64,000 bases of DNA from a virus: IMG/VR virus record IMGVR_UViG_3300017934_000005, positions 1 through 64,000 of that record. One strand, 5' to 3'. Each line of letters begins with the position of its first letter. Within the stretch, counting starts at the first letter, position 1. The notes below the pieces were generated by a model. That model had not been told where the DNA came from, made no database searches, and saw nothing but the letters and a program-made list of their open reading frames with translations. A program made the translations under genes and the position numbers. Shown piece after piece: positions 58,145-64,000 of this stretch.

Positions 58145-59610
58145 TGGACACTAACTCCTGTTATAATTTTGTTCAGATACTCCAACGTTTGAGCTGGCTC
58201 CATCTTGCGAAGATTTTGTAATTCTTTTGGATGTGCTCGAAAATAAGACTCCAGAGTTGCTCGATCCTTAGCACTAAACATTCGCTGGTACATCTCGATC
58301 AGATAATGCGGGACTCGGTCAGATTCCATACTTACGTTATCTTGACCGCCGAGGCCGGCCCGGAAAGCTTCTTTAGCGATATCCACAATTTCATCATGAT
58401 GTGATTCCAACCACTCCATCGTTTTCTGGCGACCGCCCAGGAGTGTAGGATCGTAATGAAGAGCCATGACCATGCGGAAAACCGAATTATTGTCTCCGCG
58501 AATGTTGTTGACAGCACCCCACCAGAGTGGATCGGAATAAAATTCCGGGATTACCACGCTCTGGAAAAAGTCTAGGTTCTCTTTCTGAACCAGTTGCAAC
58601 TGATCGTAGTAATATTTGTATCTGGCTTCATCATACACGATGTTGCCGGCTAGATCGAATTTGAACACGTCTTTTTCCATCTGTTTGAAATCAAAACTGA
58701 AGTAGATTTCATCGATTTCTCGCAGATCGCTGAAGTAACCGTGTTCAGCCAAATCCATGCGATTCTCAGCCCAGAGACCTTCCGGGATTGAGGCTTCCAT
58801 CTCAACATCAAAAGCCTCCTCCATCGGGAATTTCTGAAAGTTGATATTGCCGTGAACCATTTCGTGAGCCATCACCTTAGGCTTGCCGGTGATGTAATCC
58901 AACATGCGGGCTTCAGGATTGTAATAGATCAAACCCGTGTTGATCCAGGTCACGCCCAGGATTCCGTTTGGAATCTCGGTAGGATAGCCGAGATGCAGTT
59001 CTCGCGGCACAAAATCGGATACCCTGGATGGCTTCGGAAGATGATGAAGCTCACGGAAGGTAATGTTGTAACCGGGAACTTTTTCGTCAAGTTGTGCGCT
59101 TAAGTCCTTGACACTGATGCCCAGCTTTTCGGCCCGAGCCTTAATTGCAAGATCGTAAATGACCTTGTAATAATCAAAATCCAGTTTGGCTGCTTCCTGA
59201 ACGACCGATTTCAGATCATCAACATCTGCGAAAGCTTGTTCTTTGGTGATGATCTTCTGACCACAAAGGCTTGTGACCTGGACATTGCCATCCGGTCGAA
59301 TGACATAGTTATCCAGGACAATCTTCATACTGGCTGGATTCGCGGTCACGGAATCCGTCGAGACCACATCGGTCTGGACTGAAATGCTTTGACTCTGAGA
59401 AAAATGTAGTCGTTGCGTGTCCGTGGAAGTCTGGTTACATTGCCAATTCCCCATTAGGGTACGCATGACTTCTTCGCGTTGATGCAGAGCATCCGTGGTC
59501 TGAGCGATGCCGGGCGGAAAATACGAGGGAAGCGACTTCGCTGTCTGGGCTGAAGCCATGACTGAGGACAAAAGCAAGAACACAACTGCGAATAAATTTC
59601 GAACCTTCAT
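58141..59610 (-). CDS. Secreted HExxH zinc-metalloprotease-like protein
   Basis: Signal peptide ending ASA; MAHEMVH...E.EA; GGAGG SD. Confidence 0.7.
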   Translation of the reverse strand: MKVRNLFAVVFLLLSSVMASAQTAKSLPSYFPPGIAQTTDALHQREEVMRTLMGNWQCNQTSTDTQRLHFSQSQSISVQTDVVSTDSVTANPASMKIVLDNYVIRPDGNVQVTSLCGQKIITKEQAFADVDDLKSVVQEAAKLDFDYYKVIYDLAIKARAEKLGISVKDLSAQLDEKVPGYNITFRELHHLPKPSRVSDFVPRELHLGYPTEIPNGILGVTWINTGLIYYNPEARMLDYITGKPKVMAHEMVHGNINFQKFPMEEAFDVEMEASIPEGLWAENRMDLAEHGYFSDLREIDEIYFSFDFKQMEKDVFKFDLAGNIVYDEARYKYYYDQLQLVQKENLDFFQSVVIPEFYSDPLWWGAVNNIRGDNNSVFRMVMALHYDPTLLGGRQKTMEWLESHHDEIVDIAKEAFRAGLGGQDNVSMESDRVPHYLIEMYQRMFSAKDRATLESYFRAHPKELQNLRKMEPAQTLEYLNKIITGVSVQ

Positions 59611-59677
59611 TCTTCCTCCAACGGGTTTTTACTACGAATTACCTAAGAAAACTACGAATGTTCTGACCCACAATTAC

Positions 59678-59706
59678 AAAATACCAGAATCACTCCGCAT
59701 TGTCAA
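59678..59706 (-). promoter_or_regulatory. Sigma70-type promoter
   Basis: - strand TTGACA-17-TATTTT with TGG before -10. Confidence 0.78.
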
Positions 59707-60073
59707 GAGAATTTTTCGGGAATTATCCCTTTAACTCTCTCAAAGTTTGATATTATTGATCCATTCGGCGTCATAAAACATTGATGACGCGGGCGTTATT
59801 TTAGACCGTTTTTCAACATACTTTTCATGCAGCCAAAACATAAGCCAAATTAAAGGCACTCCTATATCCCAAATTAACAAACACATTCGAGTTATTGTCA
59901 TTTTCTTTCTCCTTCAGTTAAGGTAGTTAAAGGGATAATTCCCATTTTTCAATCCAAATCGTGTTGTTTGGAAAGACAGGTTGCACACCATTCTTCGCAC
60001 ATAGCAAACCGATGACGCCAGTACATAATTCTTGCACGAAGCAGAGACCAGACTGCGGATAAGATTTGCTTGA

Positions 60074-61000
60074 TCATTTGGGAAAGAGTTTATAAAATTT
60101 CGGGAAAGACTCTCCGCGACCAAGGATGGAATCCACTAGATTTCGACCGTCGAAAACACTCACTTGGAATCCAGCGGCATTCTTGTGACCACCCCCGCCG
60201 AGTTCTTTGGCAATTGCGGAGACATCCACATCATTTCGAGACCGCAAGCTGAATTGCATGACGCCGTCACCACGTTCAAAATAACCGATACCAATTCCAT
60301 CACAAAGTTTAGCGAGTTCGCCGGCAACTTCGGAGATGTTCATGTAAAGAGCGTTGATGATCAGGACCGGATACCCACTCAGAGTTCCTTTCTGACCGTG
60401 GGGAAGGGCTTCGCGCACGTAATGCTTAATGTGAGCTAGGGCTCCCTGACCTTTGAAAGCAGCCTCTTCGTGGGTCTTCATGGACGTCAGTCCTTCCCAG
60501 GCTTGAATCTCGTAGGGTAGCGTCATAATGTAGGCGTTGACTTCATCAGTCTGTGGAAGTTGTTTACGCCACAGATCACGATCCTCAACGTAATCCACGT
60601 ACCACGGTCGAGGCAAATTAATTGGTTTCGGGAGAACCCAAGTAGTGGGATTCTGCGGCATTTGATAGGCATCTTTGCCAAAAAGATAGTCCCAGGTCAG
60701 ACCGGCACCGCTTCGTCCCATATCAAATGTGGCAAAATCCAATCCCTGTAATGTTTCTTGCGCCGTTTTGTGGTGGTCCAGGATTCGAAATGATCTAGTA
60801 CACGACGCCATTTCAATATTCTGTTCTCGGGTTCGCCAACTAAAGTCAACGACTAGGACATCTTTGCTCTTCACTTCGGCATAGGGCGGCTCTAGACCAT
60901 AGTCACGGGCAAGAAGTTTTGCTTCAGGATAGCGTTGGTGCGCGATGAACGCAGCGCAGAAACCATCGGGGCAATTGTTATGATAGATTATCAGGTCCAT
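60074..61000 (-). CDS. DHH/DHHA1 phosphoesterase (nanoRNase-like)
   Basis: HNNCPDG, VDF, LDHH, DRDLW, SLRS, GGGGHKNAAG. Confidence 0.9.
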   Translation of the reverse strand: MDLIIYHNNCPDGFCAAFIAHQRYPEAKLLARDYGLEPPYAEVKSKDVLVVDFSWRTREQNIEMASCTRSFRILDHHKTAQETLQGLDFATFDMGRSGAGLTWDYLFGKDAYQMPQNPTTWVLPKPINLPRPWYVDYVEDRDLWRKQLPQTDEVNAYIMTLPYEIQAWEGLTSMKTHEEAAFKGQGALAHIKHYVREALPHGQKGTLSGYPVLIINALYMNISEVAGELAKLCDGIGIGYFERGDGVMQFSLRSRNDVDVSAIAKELGGGGHKNAAGFQVSVFDGRNLVDSILGRGESFPKFYKLFPK

Positions 61001-62106
61001 TTTTTATTTGACTCCAAGTTGGATTGTCGCCTGGTTGATAGTCTTCGTCAGTGGGATTAACAGGCGGGTAAATCATTGGCTCTTCAATCTTCTTTCCGAT
61101 GTACTCTAGTGCATCGAGGGGTTTTAGGCAGGCAGGAATATTTATGGTCTGAGTATGGTGCTCTGGATAGCAGGCTTCACCATGTCGAATGTAGTCACGG
61201 TAGATACGAACCTTACGCTCAAGTTCGATGACTTTGTTATGGAGAGCATCAATGACCTGATTCTCGGCCTGACTCGTGATACTCGTCATTATCTTGGACA
61301 CACTGAGTTGAGTCTTCAGAATGCGATTTTCATGCTGAAGTTGAGAGTAAGCCACAGCATTATTCTTTTTCTCTTCAAGATAAAGTGCTGCGTCATTCTC
61401 AGCCACGTTATGCGCTTTGGCTAATTCAACCTTGAGCTTTTCAACTTCTTTCTTTCGATTCTGGTAGGATTTAACAGATGGCACGGTTTGTTGTCCTCGA
61501 TTGTTTCTGTGTATCACGATAGATTTTGGCTTGGTTCTTCCATCCACGTTTTAAAGTTTGAAACATCAGGGCTCGAACTTCGGTAGCAAAGGCTTCGGCT
61601 TCGGGCATGGCCTCAATGAATTCTTTCACACGTTGAACCAGGATAAGCCGGCGCTTACTGAAGTGAGGCTTGATTCGCTTCTTGGGGCCGATACCCAGGC
61701 GAGGCTTTGGATTCACAGGCTCAGTCTGACGAAACTGATCTGGGATGATCAGGTTGTATTTCTTCGCCAGTTCTCGTATTTCTTTGTGACCGATTCGAAC
61801 CTTGGCGAAACGTTGTTCACAGACCACGGAGCTACGATGACGCCAGCCACAAACACCACAATTAATCATCTTTCCCAGGTCAGGGTTGCGGCCGGAAAAA
61901 CTCCGTTCCCTAAAACTTTGTTGGAAGGACTCGACGGCTTTTAACAAGTCCGCAGAAGCAGCATTTGCTTGTTCTGACACGACATCATCTGCTTGCGCTG
62001 GCACGGTCTGAGAAAAAGTGTTTACGTCGATTGGAGGATACTTCTCGTTAGTGTCCACCTTTAGTCCTTTCATGTGGGCAAATTCCGCCATTGCGATATC
62101 TTCCAC
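60978..62106 (-). other. Two hypothetical ORFs (60978-61547, 61471-62106)
   Basis: Long open frames; starts uncertain. Confidence 0.55.
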
Positions 62107-62470
62107 AATTGCAGTTATAGCAAAGTAGTCTTAAACTTTTTGGATATCGGTGTTTGACAACCCAAAGATAAAAAGCCCATGATTTTCCTACTCTTCGCTT
62201 GTGAGCAGCGCCGTCATTTTTAACATGATCCAGAGTTAGGAATAAAGATTCTAGTTCACCACAACATGAACATTTATTGCCATAATAGGCATAAATTTTA
62301 AACAGAAGAGCAGCATATTTTTGTTGTCTACGCTCTTTGCTTCTCAAGTAATACTGATGGTGCCAACGACTATACAGCGCCTTGTTTTCAAGATAATGTT
62401 GCCGCTGATACTGTCTCAGGTGCTCTCTATTTCTTCTTCTCCATTTTTGTTGAGGGGTTTCTTTTCTCAT
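62048..62470 (-). CDS. HNH endonuclease
   Basis: CSCCG...LTLDHVKNDG...LLCYNCN; related to 5384-5815. Confidence 0.82.
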   Translation of the reverse strand: MRKETPQQKWRRRNREHLRQYQRQHYLENKALYSRWHHQYYLRSKERRQQKYAALLFKIYAYYGNKCSCCGELESLFLTLDHVKNDGAAHKRRVGKSWAFYLWVVKHRYPKSLRLLCYNCNCGRYRNGGICPHERTKGGH

Positions 62471-63082
62471 TTAATGACCACCCGGAGTTCGATCATCGGG
62501 TGGAAAGGGGAATAACAGTCTTCCTTCTGTCGGATCGTCCCGGAAAGGCACGATGAGTTTTGCTCGATTTCCCATAAAAAGTTTGTGACACTCTTCAATA
62601 TAACGTATAAAAGTAGGATTCAGATCAATGTAAGCCCGCTCGATGTCGGCTTGAGAAACCAGATCAATTCTGGGCACTTTGGTCTGCTGGGCTCGCCATA
62701 TGTGTGTCTCGATGACGGTTGCGCCTGTTGGATTGCCATCTCGATCTTTGATAGACTTTTCTCGTTGGTACAACTCCATTCGTTCATGTTTTTTGTTTAG
62801 CTCCCATATAGCTTTAGCGTTGCCATTCTGGAGCAAATCCATGGCTTCTGCGTAGCCAATTAGTTGTCTGCAACTGCAGCGCTGGATATCGCCGTGTTTG
62901 GTTGATTTGAGTTTGAGGGCAAAGTATTGATGACCCTCGGTGATTTGGAGAGGCCGAAATAGGTCTTCAGGATCGGGACCGTCTAAAACGTACCTGAAGC
63001 CGTCCACCAGAGTACCCTTTAGACTTACAACGGGTTCTGTTGGACATGAATGGACGAGGACTGAATAAATTAGGTTTCGCAT
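62471..63082 (-). CDS. Hypothetical protein
   Basis: 203-aa ORF abutting the HNH gene. Confidence 0.65.
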   Translation of the reverse strand: MRNLIYSVLVHSCPTEPVVSLKGTLVDGFRYVLDGPDPEDLFRPLQITEGHQYFALKLKSTKHGDIQRCSCRQLIGYAEAMDLLQNGNAKAIWELNKKHERMELYQREKSIKDRDGNPTGATVIETHIWRAQQTKVPRIDLVSQADIERAYIDLNPTFIRYIEECHKLFMGNRAKLIVPFRDDPTEGRLLFPFPPDDRTPGGH

Positions 63083-63515
63083 CTTCCGCTAATATAGGTT
63101 CCGATAGGAACGCGATTTTCTTCGGCCGTCCTCGGGGCCGCTTATGCCCATTCTTATGATGAACAGTTTCTCCTCGTCCTACTTGCAGCAAGCCCTGAAC
63201 TATCCCCTTGATAACGATAGGAGATACACTCAATTCAGCAGCAACCTGACCCCTGGTCATGCCCATCCGAAAGTAAAGATGAATGACTCGAATCCAGCGG
63301 GCTGCGCCTTTGCGTTGACGAGCGTCGGTACTAAATTTCGGGAAGGACCGGAGAATGATTTCCCTTACTTTTTTATCGTCCAGGACCCATTCGGGCACAC
63401 TTTTCTTATCATCAGATCGAGGCTTGATGATCTGATGCCCGTGTGTCATGAACGGGTCCTTGGCGTCGATTTTTCGGCTAAGCTGCTTATTTATGTACCG
63501 AAGGTCTTCCATCAA
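62967..63515 (-). CDS. HTH (sigma region 4-like) plus AT-hook DNA-binding protein
   Basis: LYFRMGMTRGQVAAELSVS; KRPRGRPKK. Confidence 0.65.
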   Translation of the reverse strand: MMEDLRYINKQLSRKIDAKDPFMTHGHQIIKPRSDDKKSVPEWVLDDKKVREIILRSFPKFSTDARQRKGAARWIRVIHLYFRMGMTRGQVAAELSVSPIVIKGIVQGLLQVGRGETVHHKNGHKRPRGRPKKIAFLSEPILAEDAKPNLFSPRPFMSNRTRCKSKGYSGGRLQVRFRRSRS

Positions 63516-63978
63516 CGACTCTTTTCAGGGTCTGGGTTGCCTCCTTTAGCCATGCTCTTGTCGAACTGCTTGCCCGCGAAAGTGTTCGGCGGAGGCGGGG
63601 CTACTGGGGAGCAGCGCCTACAAAGATATCTAAAATTCAGTGAAGGATTCTCTACTTCAATGAATTCTCTACAATCTTCCGTAGAACGTCCCTTGCTTGA
63701 ATTAGGGTGTTTCTTGCCGCTACACTGAACCTTTACACTCATTCTTCTTCCTCGTCATCGTCCAATAGATCATTGAACGATTCCTCTTGGGTTTTTTCAA
63801 AATGCTGTTGCTTGAAGGTTTCGTCGCCTAGGATAAACGCGCGGAAATACGGATCATTCCTATCATCTCGGGGATATCTTATACCGAAAGTGTTAGGCCA
63901 GGACTTGGTCTTCCAGGAGTTGACGATCTGGACTATCTGCCGGCCGGCCTCGACGCCAGCTTCAGCCCCTGATTCCAA
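63512..63978 (-). other. Two short ORFs (63512-63742 Zn-finger-like; 63739-63978)
   Basis: ATGA coupling. Confidence 0.5.
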
Positions 63979-64000
63979 ACTAACATATCCTGAGATAAAT

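Noticed and set aside
1-64000. Stop-codon reassignment, CRISPR array, or DGR/retron
   Set aside because: Core genes are intact in code 11; no CUA/UUA/UCA-anticodon tRNA, repeat-spacer array or reverse transcriptase was seen

Overview
The window is a 64-kb slice of a large, probably temperate, podovirus-type dsDNA phage or prophage in standard genetic code. It has three parts. (1) 1-9.7 kb (+): a tRNA array of 23 tRNA or tRNA-like genes behind a strong sigma70 promoter, interrupted by an HNH gene and by several structured non-tRNA RNAs, one with Y-RNA (YrlA-like) architecture. (2) 9.75-34.6 kb (+): a morphogenesis operon with terminase, portal, scaffold, major capsid, adaptors, nozzle, fibres and ejection proteins. 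(3) 34.6-64 kb (-): an accessory arm with a tyrosine integrase, GH108 endolysin, SLT, PP2C phosphatase, HExxH proteases and an RNA-repair set (RtcB, Rnl2-type ligase, cyclic-phosphate receiver domain, metallophosphoesterase, DHH phosphoesterase). The most unusual signal is an ~800-nt ncRNA operon at 46.5-47.3 kb (-). It holds two tRNA-shaped RNAs whose D-loops carry a homologous, covarying inserted hairpin module, plus other multibranch RNAs. All calls come from reading motifs and base pairing by eye; no database search or folding program was run.
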